From Octopus sinensis (taxonomy: Eukaryota), in NCBI RefSeq assembly GCF_006345805.1, contig NC_043019.1, forward strand, positions 26,039,360 through 26,103,359: a stretch of 64,000 bases of DNA. Reading direction: 5' to 3'. A program made the translations under genes and the position numbers. Under the pieces are notes generated by a model. That model was not told the DNA's origin, did not search any database, and saw nothing but the letters and a program-made list of their open reading frames with translations. This document shows, piece by piece, positions 11,337 through 22,449 of this stretch (position 1 is its first letter; each line of letters opens with the position of its first letter).

Positions 11337-11925
11337 TTAAAAAGAATCTTCCTTTGTCCCCTTTGTAACAACTTACTGATCTTCGTTCTACCCCATTCTT
11401 ATTCAAGCTGCTATGCTTTCCAACCACCCAAGTCATCTAGGTAACAGAAACTGTCAAAGTTTTTCTAGAAAACCTTTAAAAGAAGTCCTTTCAGGAATGC
11501 TTTTACTGCTAACTACTCCTGATGTATCTGCTACTAATAAAAATTTTCTCTCTCAGCTAACCTGTGACCTCACTACGCCCTCTCTTTATATTTGGTACAC
11601 AGTATAGAATTTTCCCCCACACCTTTTCTATGAATCAATCATAACCACCTCGCAATAAAGTTCTCCATTCTTTCTTGCTAATTAAGACTTTTACCTGTGA
11701 ATGGTTTACTTTTGGGTCCTTTTGATATGAGATTCCACTATCATTTTTGAAAGTTTTCCTCAAATTCTTTGATTTCATTAGAAAAGCTCAGTCATCGATT
11801 TATTAGAATTCCTACAGACATCCAGTCTGGAAATGTTCCACTATAGCCCAGAGAATTATAATAAACAAGATATGCCAGAGAACCAAACCAAAACTCTAAG
11901 AGAAATGTTATGTAAGAATTGTTAC

Positions 11926-12210
11926 CTGAGATTTAGCAGAAGGGTTCTCAGACTCATTAATATCCCTGATTATTTTATCACGATCAACAAGCTGACTGTT
12001 CAATGTATTTATTATTTCTTTAAGCTGATTGATTGTTTGATCCCTGTCCACCAAGGTTTTATCTTTAGCCAACATCTCCTCATCATGATTCACCAACTGT
12101 TCCTCTTTCTCGGCCAAGATACGGTCCTTCTCAACGAGTTTACGACGTAACAATTTGATTTTACCCCGACTGACTTGCTCTGCCGGATTTTCATCTCCAC
12201 ACTCACTGCC
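11926..12210 (-). CDS. GOLGB1: Giantin-like golgin exon (95 aa, GSECGDENPAEQ...LRRKLVEKDRILAEKEEQL...SAKSQ)
   Basis: Acceptor aacag|GGC, donor CAG|gtaac; 285 nt, phase 0-0; in frame with ORF 11908..12153; acidic/basic coiled coil. Confidence 0.8.
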
Positions 12211-13882
12211 CTGTTAGAATCAAAAACATAAATACTGTTCAAATACTAGAGCTGATAAAATACCAGTTGACTACTGGGGTTCATGAGTAAGTCCCGTCAA
12301 CAACTGGGGTTGATTATTAGAAACCTTATGCTTATATTTTGAAGGCTTGTAACCTAGTAGATAGGGTGTTACACTCATGATTCTAAGATTATGGTTTCAA
12401 TTCCCAGACTGGACGGTATGGTGTGTTCTTCAATAAAACACTTCATTTCTATTGCCCCAGTGCACTCAGCTGCAAATAGGTTCCAACATAAGCTGAGAAG
12501 TAAACTGGGAAGTGTTTCTGACTGATTTTTATAATAAAAGATAACGAGTTAGGAATTACCTCCTGGCATAACAGCACAAAAATCCTTTTGGTTTAATATT
12601 TTGTCTGCTTTCCACAGACTTTATATAAAACCAATGTTGATAACATCATCATCATCATCATCAACCACTGGACATCACTGTCTCAACTCCCAAGGCATAT
12701 CCCAGTATCCACAGCATATTAGTGACCAAGATCACAACATTCACCTTGAATGGGATGCCAGTCCATTGCAGGGGCAACTTCTGGGGCTGATAATTTGAGA
12801 TGATTTTATACTTATTTTAGAAATCAATAAGATTAATTTAGTTTCTCAACAATTAACGTAGCATTATTTAAAGATTGCAAAGAGGCAGAAACGTTAGCAC
12901 GCCAGACAAGATGCATAGCAGCATTTCATGTGTCTTTACGTTATGAATTCAAGTTCCGCTGAGGTCGACTTTGCCCTTCATATTTTCAGATTCAATAAAA
13001 TAACACTGGGGTCAATGTAACAGACAGTTACCCAGCCCCAAAAATTTCAGGCCTTGTGCCTATAGTAGAAATAATTAATGTAGTATTTAAGGGCTGCAAA
13101 CTGGCAGAATCATTAGCACGCTGGACAATATGCTTGGTGGAACTTCTTCCAGTTTTACAATCTGAGTTCAAATTCCACTGAGGTTGACTTTGTCTTTTAT
13201 CCTTTTAGGGTCAATAAAATAAGTACCAGTTATATATTGGGGAAAATGTAATCAACTACCTCGCTTACCCCAATATTTCAAGCCTTGTGCCTATGGTAGA
13301 AAGAATTAATGTAATGATTTCGAGATGAGGTTAACAGAATGAAAATATAGGAACATTTTGAAAGCAGAACTCTATCAAGGGCCACCCAAACAGCTTTGCT
13401 ATATTTCATATGAGGCTAAATATAACTACATACCTGATCATTTAAATATTTAAAATATTTTATCAGATTGACCAAAGCCTTGTGAGTGAATTTGGTAGAT
13501 GGAAACTGAAAGAAGTCTGTTCTATCATCATCATCATCATCATCATTGAATGTCCGTCTTCCATGCATGCATGGGTAGGAGGTCTGACAGGAGCTGGCCA
13601 GGTAGAAAAACTACCCCAGGCTACTGTGTCTGTTTTGGCAGGGTTTTCATGGCTGGATGCTCTTCCTAACACCAGCCACCCTGCAGAGTAGACTCGGTGC
13701 CTTTTACATGGCACATGTACAGGCAAGGTTAGTTTTGACATGGTTTTGACAGCTGGATGCCCTTCCAAATGCCAACCACTTTAAAATGTGGACTGGGTAC
13801 TTTTTATGTGGCAGCAGCATTGGCAGGGTCACCAAGTAACTTGCAAGACAAGGAATATAAACACACATATATATATCTATAT

Positions 13883-14078
13883 CAGGGGTGTATATTCCGG
13901 GTGTGCTAGGTGTGCACTGCACACCCATCAAAAATGGCAAATTCATTATAAATATTTACCTTATTCATTAATTTAATCCTAAATCTTAATGGAAAACATT
14001 TGTTATATACCCCTGCTTGAAATTTGGTGGCACTGAGTGTGGCAGCACACCCAGGACAACAACAACCAAACGCCACTG
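13883..14078. mobile_element. Short MITE-like element
   Basis: CAGGGGTGTATA..TATACCCCTG inverted pair plus a distal CGCCACTG end. Confidence 0.4.
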
Positions 14079-14130
<52 letters not shown>

Positions 14131-14812
14131 ATGTTTGCTCTCTCCCCACCAATGCTTCACATCTGGTGTTGGTGTGTTTACATCCCTGTCACTTTGCGCT
14201 TTGGCAAAAGAGATAAACAGAATAAGTCCCAGGCTTAAAAATAAAAGGAAGTGCTGGGGTTGATTCTGTTGACTGAAATATCCTTCAAGGATGTGCCTCA
14301 GAAGGGGTCCAGAAGTTCTAATGACTGGAACAGGTAAACAAGTAAAAAGATAAAAGATAAAAAGGGTGGGTGTGTGTGTCTATGTGTGTGAGTGAGTGTG
14401 TGCGTTTATGTGTATGAGCGTGTGTGAGTATGTGTGTGTGAGTGTCTGTATGAGAGTGTGTGTGTGAGTGTGTGTGTATGTGTTGTGCCTATGCTTGCCC
14501 TCACCACCACTTAACAACCAGCGTTGGTGTGTTTATGTCCACATAACTTAGCTGCTCAGCAAAAAAAGACCAACAGAATAAATACCACCCCAACCACTAC
14601 CACCACCATCACCATCACCCCACTGCCAAGAAAAATTTTTTTAATGTCTTTGAATTCAAAAAGAAAAAAATGATAAAGACGAACTGGGACCAATTCATTC
14701 AACTAAAAAATTCACGAAAGCAGTGCTCCAGAATGGCCACAATCTAATGTCTGAACTAAGTGAAAGATAAAAGATAATAACACTAAACACAACACTAATC
14801 ACAACAACATAC

Positions 14813-14929
14813 CCGGTCTGACGAACTGTCCGGGAGGGCAGCTTTCCTAGCTTCTTCCAACTGGTTGGTCAGTTTGGTTGTTTTGGCTTTTGATTGCAGT
14901 TTGGTCTTCGTCAGAGTAGCTTTAGTCTC
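14813..14929 (-). CDS. GOLGB1: Giantin-like golgin exon (39 aa, ETKATLTKTKLQSKAKTTKLTNQLEEARKAALPDSSSDR)
   Basis: Not in the ORF track; read by hand. Acceptor ttgtag|GAG, donor CGG|gtatgt; 117 nt, phase 0-0, no stops. KTKLQSKAKTTKL resembles giantin KLKLHAKAKLTSL (from recall). Confidence 0.75.
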
Positions 14930-15080
14930 CTACAACGACAACGACAATAACAATGGGTTACATTAAACAAAAAACAAATAGCAAAATGCATAAAATTAAA
15001 TTAAATTAAATGACTGAATCGGATTGTTAAATTTTGGAAGAAATATTAGTGAATCAGTCATGATACTACCGTGAGTGATG

Positions 15081-15636
15081 TACAAGGGTGAGTCAAAAAG
15101 TAATGCCATTTTGTTTAGGACTGGTATAATTACCAGCAGAGGAACATGTATTATACATCAAAATGAAGCTGGTCCTCTGTGGATCACATCCCTACTTCTC
15201 ACTGTTTCTCTCAATAGCAATGTTCCACCTTCGAATGAGAGCATGTATCCCTGCCCCATAAAATTCTGTTGACTGTTCTTTGAGCCACTTCTTCACTACG
15301 GTTTTCACTTCCTCATCACTGGAATAATGTTTGTCTCTCAAACCCTCTTTCATGGGGCCGAAGAGATGACAGTCCAGTGACGATGATAGTCCAGTGACGA
15401 GGAAGTGAAAACTAGTGAAGTGGCTCAAAGAACAGTCAACAGTATTTTAAGGGACAGGGATACATGCTCTCATCTGAAGGTGGAACATTGCTATTGAGAG
15501 AAACAATGATTATGTTAAGAAGTAGGGATGTGATCTACAGAGGACCAGCTTCATTTTGATGTATGATACATGTCCCTGTGTTGGTAATTATACCTGTCCT
15601 AAACAAAATGGCGTTACTTTTTGACTCACTCTCATA
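15081..15636. mobile_element. Palindromic mariner-derived MITE made of two inverted transposase 3' ends
   Basis: TA-caagggtgagtcaaaaagtaa..ttactttttgactcactctca-TA. Minus ORF 15192..15428 reads HLFGPMKEGLR..SDEEVKT..WLKEQSTEFY.AGIHALIRRWNIAIERN; the same C-terminus is present on + in the right arm. Confidence 0.9.
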
Positions 15637-16229
15637 GAATAATGAGTGATGTAGAATAATGAGTCACCATCGTCAAATTCATCATTTAACGTCCGTCTTC
15701 TATGCATGCATGGGTATGATGGATGACAGGAGCCAGACAAGTAGAAAAACTACTCTAGGCTACTGTGTCTGTTTTGGCAGGGATTTTTGTGCAAAGTGGA
15801 ACTCAGTGCATTTTACGTGGTACTAACACAGGTGAGGTTAATTTTGGCATGATTTTTACGGCTGGATGCCCTTCCAGATACCAACCACATTACAGTATGG
15901 ACTGGGTGCTTTTAACATGGCACCAGCACAGGCAGGGTAACTAAGTAATTTGCAAGACAAGGAATTATGAGAGGGGCAGGGCATTTGAGGAGAGGAACTT
16001 GTGTCAGAGGATGAAAGGAGTGTGAAAGGAAGGGAGAGGCTATACCTATAGCCTTTTATAAGATGCAGTCTTCAAAGAAGAGACACTATTGCTTGCAAAG
16101 AAGAGGGGGGGCTATAGCCTTTATAAAAGATATAGTTGGAATTTACAAAAAAAAACAAAACAAAAGACGAAGACAGGGAGTGTAGACAACAAACAGCTGT
16201 ATTAGTCTAACGCCCAGGAAGTGAGAAAG

Positions 16230-16267
16230 TCTTTTATGTTTTGAGCCTATGCTCTTCAACAGAAAGG
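16230..16267 (-). ncRNA. Decayed copy of the CUGUUGA hammerhead-like motif
   Basis: Minus: CCUUU-CUGUUGA-A-GAGC-AUAG-GCUC-AAAACAU-A-AAAGA. Perfect stem II; CGAAACG changed to CAAAACA (CpG decay). Flanks are homologous to 20560-20720. Confidence 0.45.
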
Positions 16268-16421
16268 AACACAGAAATAAGCAGAGAGAGAAAATGAAAA
16301 AAAGGTTTAGTGGCTAGCGATCCACTCATGGTGACAGAGGTGGTCAGACAGGAGAGCTAGGAAGATATAGTTTGAAAAGAAGAAAGGCAGTGTCTATAAC
16401 ATACAAATAGAAGCCATTTAC

Positions 16422-16544
16422 CTGTAATTCTGATTGTGTCTTTTCGATGATGTTGTCCTTCTCAACTATCATCAGCCTCAGCTGTTTAACAAGTTTCTCA
16501 TTCTCTTCACACTGCATCTGAAGGTCATTGCTGGAACCTGCCAT
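16422..16544 (-). CDS. GOLGB1: Giantin-like golgin, first identifiable coding exon (41 aa, MAGSSNDLQMQCEENEKLVKQLRLMIVEKDNIIEKTQSELQ)
   Basis: Acceptor tttcaag directly followed by ATG at 16544; donor CAG|gtaaat; 123 nt, phase 0; heptad coiled coil. Resembles the N-terminal LVVELKDIIRQKD segment of vertebrate giantin (from recall). Confidence 0.7.
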
Positions 16545-17004
16545 CTTGAAACAGAAGAAGGAATCAGAGTTCAGAGAGTTTGTCTCATAACAACGATAGT
16601 TGACAACAACAACAACAACGAAGATGATGACGACAACACCATCCTTATCAGCATTTCTACCAAGATTTCCACCATCACTATAAACATTATTATTTCTTTC
16701 TAGAAGGATTTATCCGGGAGGAAAATACAATCCCTGTGAACTTTGAAGACAACCACATTTTCCAGCATAAATGTTGACATAGTACAGAGTGTAAAGCAAG
16801 AAATTAAACATTCAAACATTGGCACTATCTTTCCAAATCTGCAGCATTTCATATGGAATTTTTGGCTCTTCCAAAGTTGTCTTGGTGCATAAGTTGACCT
16901 ATCTTTTTTTTTTTTTTTTTGGTTGTAAAATTTGGCCTTGAAAGTATCCTAGACTAATCACTTTGGTGTAACTGATATTGAGTTTGGACAGCTGCAAACA
17001 CTAC

Positions 17005-17540
17005 ACCACCATCATCATCATCATCATCATTATCATTTAATGTTTGCCGTCCATGCTAGCACAAGTGGGATGGCTTGACAAGAGCCAGCCAGGCAGAAGC
17101 CTACGCCAGACTTCTGTAACCGTTTTGGCAGGTTTTTACAGCTGGATGCCCTTCCTAACACCAACCACTTAGCAGAGTAGACTTAGTGCTTTTTACAAGG
17201 CACAAGCACAGCCGAGATCAGTTTTGGCAAGATTTTTACAGCTGGATGCCCTTCCTAACACCAACCACTTAGCAGAGTGGACTTAGTGCTTTTTACGAGG
17301 CACAAGCACAGCTGAGGTCAGTTTTGGCAAGATTTTTACAGCTGGACGCCCTTCCTAACACCAACCACTTAGCAGAGTGGACTTAGTGCTTTTTACGAGG
17401 CACAAGCACAGCTGAGGTCAGTTTTGGCAAGATTTTTACAGCTGGATGCCCTTCCAAATGCCAACCACTTTACAGTGTGGACTGGGTGCTTTTAAGTGGC
17501 ATCTGCACTAACAGGGTCACCAAGTACTTGCAAGACAAAA
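17005..17540 (-). mobile_element. Family C variant with about 99-bp internal tandem units (3-4 copies)
   Basis: The unit tttttacagctggatgcccttcctaacaccaaccacttagcagagt..cagttttggcaaga is repeated. Confidence 0.8.
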
Positions 17541-18030
17541 GGAAAAATGTCACCATAATCCTTAATGCTACCAACATCATCAGAGTCATCATCACCATTG
17601 TTGTCATCATGTGCCTGTGCACACACACACACATACACTTATGGTAGCAATCATCTCTTTTTCTCTTAAATACACTGACTTACATATGACCACACAGGAC
17701 ATTATCCACATCAATATTTTCAGTTTGAAGGTGGTGAGCTGGAAGAATCATTAGCCGGGCAGGTAAAATGCTTAGCAGTATTTCACCTGTCTATACATTC
17801 TGAGTTCAAATTTTGCTGCGGTCAACTTTGCTTTCATCCTTTCAGGGTTGATAAATTGAGTACCAGTTGAGCACCTGGGTTTATATAATCGACTTATCAA
17901 CCTCCCTAAACTTGCTGGCTTTGTGCCAAAATTTGAAACCAATATTTTCAGTTTGAAAGAACCTGTACATATAGGTTGTTGTAATGAAAGTTCTGCCTAA
18001 TTTGTGGAATTAAAATTTTGGAGATTTTAA

Positions 18031-18247
18031 CCCTTTTGTTACTGTATTTATTTTCAGATACTCTGTGTTTCTTTCAATTAATTTTAAATATAACAAAGAA
18101 TTTAATAGAATAACTTAGTTATCATTAAGCTAGTGTTAAGAACATAAATTGAGACTAAGGTTTGGTGGAGGATTTTAATTCAGAACTTTTAAAAACATTT
18201 GTACTACAGAGCCAGAGGTAGTTTCAGCCAGGTTGGTATCGAAAGGG
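18031..18247. mobile_element. piggyBac-type MITE
   Basis: TTAA-CCCTTT..AAAGGG-TTAA. Inverted partial relatives at about 2045-2168 and about 26330-26455. Confidence 0.85.
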
Positions 18248-18502
18248 TTAAGTTCCATTTCTGTCAAATGCTTAGTGATGCTCCTTCCCCACTCCCACCC
18301 GACAATACGCCTGCTTCTACCGCCAGGATATAAGAACATTATTCAAACAGATCCCTAATTTGATCTGATTAAGGAACACATTCATCATGTCATGCACCAG
18401 AAGTTTCAGAGAGGGGTCGACACAAGTGCAGCTGTCAAGTGTCACTCACAAAAAAGTAGTATATATACAAAGACACATATATAGTGATATGTTGGTACTT
18501 AC

Positions 18503-18595
18503 TTTGGTTAAAGTTTATCACAGTCAAAGTATTTTGGTAAAAATCTAAAATACAATATATATCTTACAAATAGAGCAGCTCCATTTGGCTTTCAC
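18503..18595 (-). other. Candidate non-coding 5' UTR exon of the golgin gene
   Basis: Strong donor AAA|gtaagta at 18502 and acceptor ctatttcag|GTG at 18596 (alternative acceptor at 18545); no long open frame. Confidence 0.25.
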
Positions 18596-18709
18596 CTGAA
18601 ATAGATTTAAAAAAGAAATTCTGAGAAAACGATTTTTTTTTTTTTGTAAGTACATGAAAAGTTATACCAAAAGTAGGAAGGTGTTGATTAAATCTTAATT
18701 AGTCCATCA

Positions 18710-19040
18710 TCTCTATATATATAAAACTGAGAATGTCTGTCTGTCTGTCTGTGTGTTTCCCTAAAACTTGAGAACTACAAAACCAATTTCATTCAAATTT
18801 TACACGTGCCTTACTTAAAGTCCGGGGAGTGTCATTGGAAAAAAAATTTTAACTTTTTCCCTAGGGCGACCCCACAGCAATATCATATCTTCTCCACTAT
18901 TTTAGTATTACGTGTTAAAAGTGAAACAAAAACATCTCTCTATTGTAATGTAGACACTTTCACTTTAATACTGAAACTATTAAAGTTAAAGTGTTATATA
19001 ACAGGGATGAACCATTAACAGTGGTCATCCATTTTGCTAG
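18710..19040 (+). mobile_element. Degenerate non-autonomous Helitron
   Basis: Same 5' end tctctatatatataaaactg plus (TGTC)n as 59378; 3' end uncertain. Confidence 0.55.
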
Positions 19041-19126
19041 AAGAAGATCCACTATGGTCTTATATGCTTTGCCCTGTTTATAATTATACCACATTTATAT
19101 ATATATATATACACCACACACATATA

Positions 19127-19182
<56 letters not shown>

Positions 19183-19183
<1 letters not shown>

Positions 19184-19566
19184 GAGTGGCTGAGTGGTAA
19201 GTAGCTTGCAACCAACCACATGGTCCGGGTTCAGTCCCACTGCGTGGTATCTTGGGCAAGTGTCTTCTGCTATAGCCCCGGGCCGACCAATGCCTTGTGA
19301 GTGGATTTGGTAGACAGAAACTGAAAGAAGTCTGTCGTATATATATATATATGTATGTGTGTGTGAGTGTCTTGTTTGTCCCCCTAGCATTGCTTGACAA
19401 CCGATGCTGATGTGTTTATGTCCCCGCACTTAGCGGTTCGCCAAAAAGAGACCGATAGAATAAGTACTGGGCTTACAAAGAATAAGTCCCGGTCGATTTG
19501 CTTGACTAAAAGTGGTGCTCCAGCATGGCCGCATCAAATGACTGAAACAAGTAAAAGAGTAAAAGA
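19183..19566 (+). mobile_element. SINE family A
   Basis: Near-complete match to 26734-27121. Confidence 0.9.
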
Positions 19567-19707
19567 AAAAAGAGTATATATACACACACACACATATGAT
19601 GGACAGTCTCTTCTAACTACCAAATTCACACCAGGGTATCAAACATATTCTTCCTTCTAGTCCAAGAGGACTTCCTCTTCCAACTAACAGATAAATATGA
19701 ATAAGAC

Positions 19708-19812
19708 CTTTTACTGTAACTACTATAGGCCTAGGCTGATTAATTGCTTGCAACTACCAAATTCACTTGCAAGCAATTAATCAGCCTAGGGCTATAGTAG
19801 TTACAGTAAAAG
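19708..19812. repeat. Near-perfect inverted repeat: 46-bp arms (45/46), 13-nt loop
   Basis: cttttactgt..ttgcaa | ctaccaaattcac | ttgcaa..acagtaaaag. Confidence 0.97.
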
Positions 19813-20256
19813 ACACTTGGCCCAGATGCAGCACAATATGCAATGTTTCCTTCCTGTTTTAAGACAACAGTGATAGGGTGGGAGTTTATTTGAGAGAGAT
19901 TTAGCTACTATCTTTAGCAAGTTGGCTCATACTTACAGCAGTTGGTTATGTGAGATGCAGTACTGACAGTGTAGGCAAGTCACCTCTGCTCCACTATCAT
20001 ACCGTTTGTGTTTGCACAATGCACGTGACTGAGTTGTAAGGGTACCTAAGAAGACAGTGCTGTAGTGGACATTCTCTGTAATGATTACTTCTGTCTAGAG
20101 TTCAGCCAGTCATATTGCTCGGCTATTGTAAGCTATGATGGGTTTGGTGGCTGTGTAAACCCTGTTGTAAAGACATGGCATCCGGTTTTTCATGTTAGCA
20201 TGGGTGGGAGGGGAACCGTTTTACCTATCACTTATTGCTTGTGTGTGTGTGATATA

Positions 20257-20296
<40 letters not shown>

Positions 20297-20630
20297 GGCT
20301 TAAAATGATACAAAATGTGAAAGCCAAAGAGGTGAGGGAACAGCGAACATGATGTCTTTGTTTGATATACATACATAGATAGACAAACAGAGAGACAGGT
20401 AGGCAGACAGCCAGACAGACAGGTAGACAGATGGATAGATAGATAGATAAATAGATAGATAGACATACATGTATATATACATATACATACATATATGCAG
20501 ATATATATATATATATGCATATATATATATATAACGGGAAGCTTTATGAAAATAAACAAAAGACGAAGGCAGGTGGAGTACAAACAAACAATTGTATTAG
20601 TATGGCACTCAGGAATATAAATAAAACAAG

Positions 20631-20668
20631 TCTTTTACGTTTCGAGACTACGCTCTTCAACAGAAAGA
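20631..20668 (-). ncRNA. Ultra-minimal hammerhead-like motif with CUGUUGA core
   Basis: Minus: UCUUU-CUGUUGA-AGAGCGUAGUCUC-GAAACGU-A-AAAGA. 5-bp stem I; stem III reduced to the ACGU palindrome. Confidence 0.55.
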
Positions 20669-20956
20669 TACACAGAAAAGAAACACGGAGAGAAACAAGG
20701 AGAGGAAAAAAATGCGTGCAGAAGCTAGCGATTCAACATGGCCATGTGTGTGCATGCATGTGACAGTGAGGAAATGTTCTACGGCCGAAGTCAAATAACA
20801 ACAATGAAACTCATCATAACAGCATGCACAATTTGTTCCCAGACCAGACTGTAGCATCCCAATCATTTGTTTGGTTACCACCATATTCCACCTCTTCAGA
20901 AAAACCAATAAAGCCGCAATCTCACAGGTCTACAGCTTCCTCTTTATAGCCTATAG

Positions 20957-21157
20957 CAGTGGTTTTCAACCAGGGTTCCGCCAGCACAGTCCAGGGGTTC
21001 CGCAAGAAGTTACAAAACTGCTAAAATCGGCAGTAATTTTTAATTCTCCTGTGCAGATATGTGTGCATAAGACTATTAAATTATTGCACAGGGGTTCCTC
21101 GAGCCAGTGGAATGTCTCCTTGGGGTTCCGCTCCAGCAAAATGTTTGAAAAGCACTG
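20957..21157. mobile_element. hAT (Charlie-like) MITE
   Basis: TIRs CAGTGGTTTTCAA/TTGAAAAGCACTG; perfect 8-bp TSD GCCTATAG. Confidence 0.92.
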
Positions 21158-22171
21158 GCCTATAGACACCAACCGACAGGCAGGATATCAAACATATTCT
21201 TCTCTCTAGTCCAAGAGGACTTCCTCTTCCCCCTAACAGATAAATATGAAAAGGACCTTTTATTTTGTGTGTCAGATAAGACTGGACTGTACTTAGTACT
21301 CATGGCCCTTATAAGTTCTTTCAAACTGAAGAATTTAATGTGGATAATGCCTGCCCTGGACAAATGTAGGTCAATGTTTGCAAGACAAAAAAGGAAAGGA
21401 TTCCAGGCTGAATATTTCAAACCAGATCCTGATGAACTCTACTGAAGGTACAAAAGGATCATATGATTAAATTAGGTGGCAGTGTGACGGGTCTATTCCC
21501 CAACCCACTAGAAGCACCAAAGGGCCGGGTGGTTGTGTTATACAAGGCAGTGTGTTACACCTACCAGCCAGAATTTTACTAAAGGTACCCAAGATGGCAG
21601 TGTCTTGTTGTGTGTTAGGCCAACCAAGGCAAACGCAATATCTGCATATTTTACACTTAAGTGTAATTAACACTGACTTAATTTTCTAGGTTAATTAAAA
21701 TGTAATTACAGTTAGCAAAACACATTTGCTTTGTTTCCTTCAGTCAACCCAGATTAAAACCAGGTAAAACACTCAACGGAAGGAAAAGCCAGTAGCACCA
21801 GTAGAGAGCTCTTTCAAATGCAGCTGCTGTATGCATGACTGCCACTCCCATGTGGCCCTACACAGCAACAGCAGACACTGAACCACCATCAGCAGCCGAC
21901 ACAATTTCTTCGGGCGTAGATCCATGGTCTCTTGAAACCGACAGATGCTTACTACTAATAAAAATAAGTAACCACTTCTAGTTTATGGTTGGGTGGTGAT
22001 GGTTAGTAAACTGCAACTAGTGATTAATCTAGAAACTTTTGTCTACTCAGACAGGAACCACGATGTGGTTGAGTGAAAGGTGTTATGTGGGGTAACTAGC
22101 TGCAGGATACATTACACTGGGTACCCCAGGGAATGGTTGGTGTTATGTAGAGTAAATAGCCACAAGACGTA

Positions 22172-22413
22172 TTATACTAACACACGTGGACATGCCTACA
22201 AAGTCAGAAAACAACACAGCTCCCATGACTTTCGGAAACATTTTTTCACGCTCAGAGTTGCTGAAGCATGGAACAAACTGCCTGCGTCAGTTGTTGACTG
22301 CCATGACACTGCATCCTTTAAGGCCCTCATGCTTTCCGAAATCCGCCGAAACTACACCTGATTATACATACACTTTAGATGAGTTATAGTGCACCTGAGC
22401 ACTGTACACAATG

Positions 22414-22447
<34 letters not shown>
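22172..22447 (+). mobile_element. CR1-type LINE 3' end
   Basis: TRGHAYKVRKQ..FRKHFFTLRVAEAWNKLPASVV..ASFK*, then a short 3' UTR and (ATT)n tail. Confidence 0.9.

Positions 22448-22449
<2 letters not shown>

Noticed and set aside
21429-21460. CTGATGA as a hammerhead core (also 24486, 35333) and CTGACGA (3841, 38803)
   Set aside because: No properly placed stem II + GAAA + UH; 35333 is the YADD codon run of an RTE reverse transcriptase.
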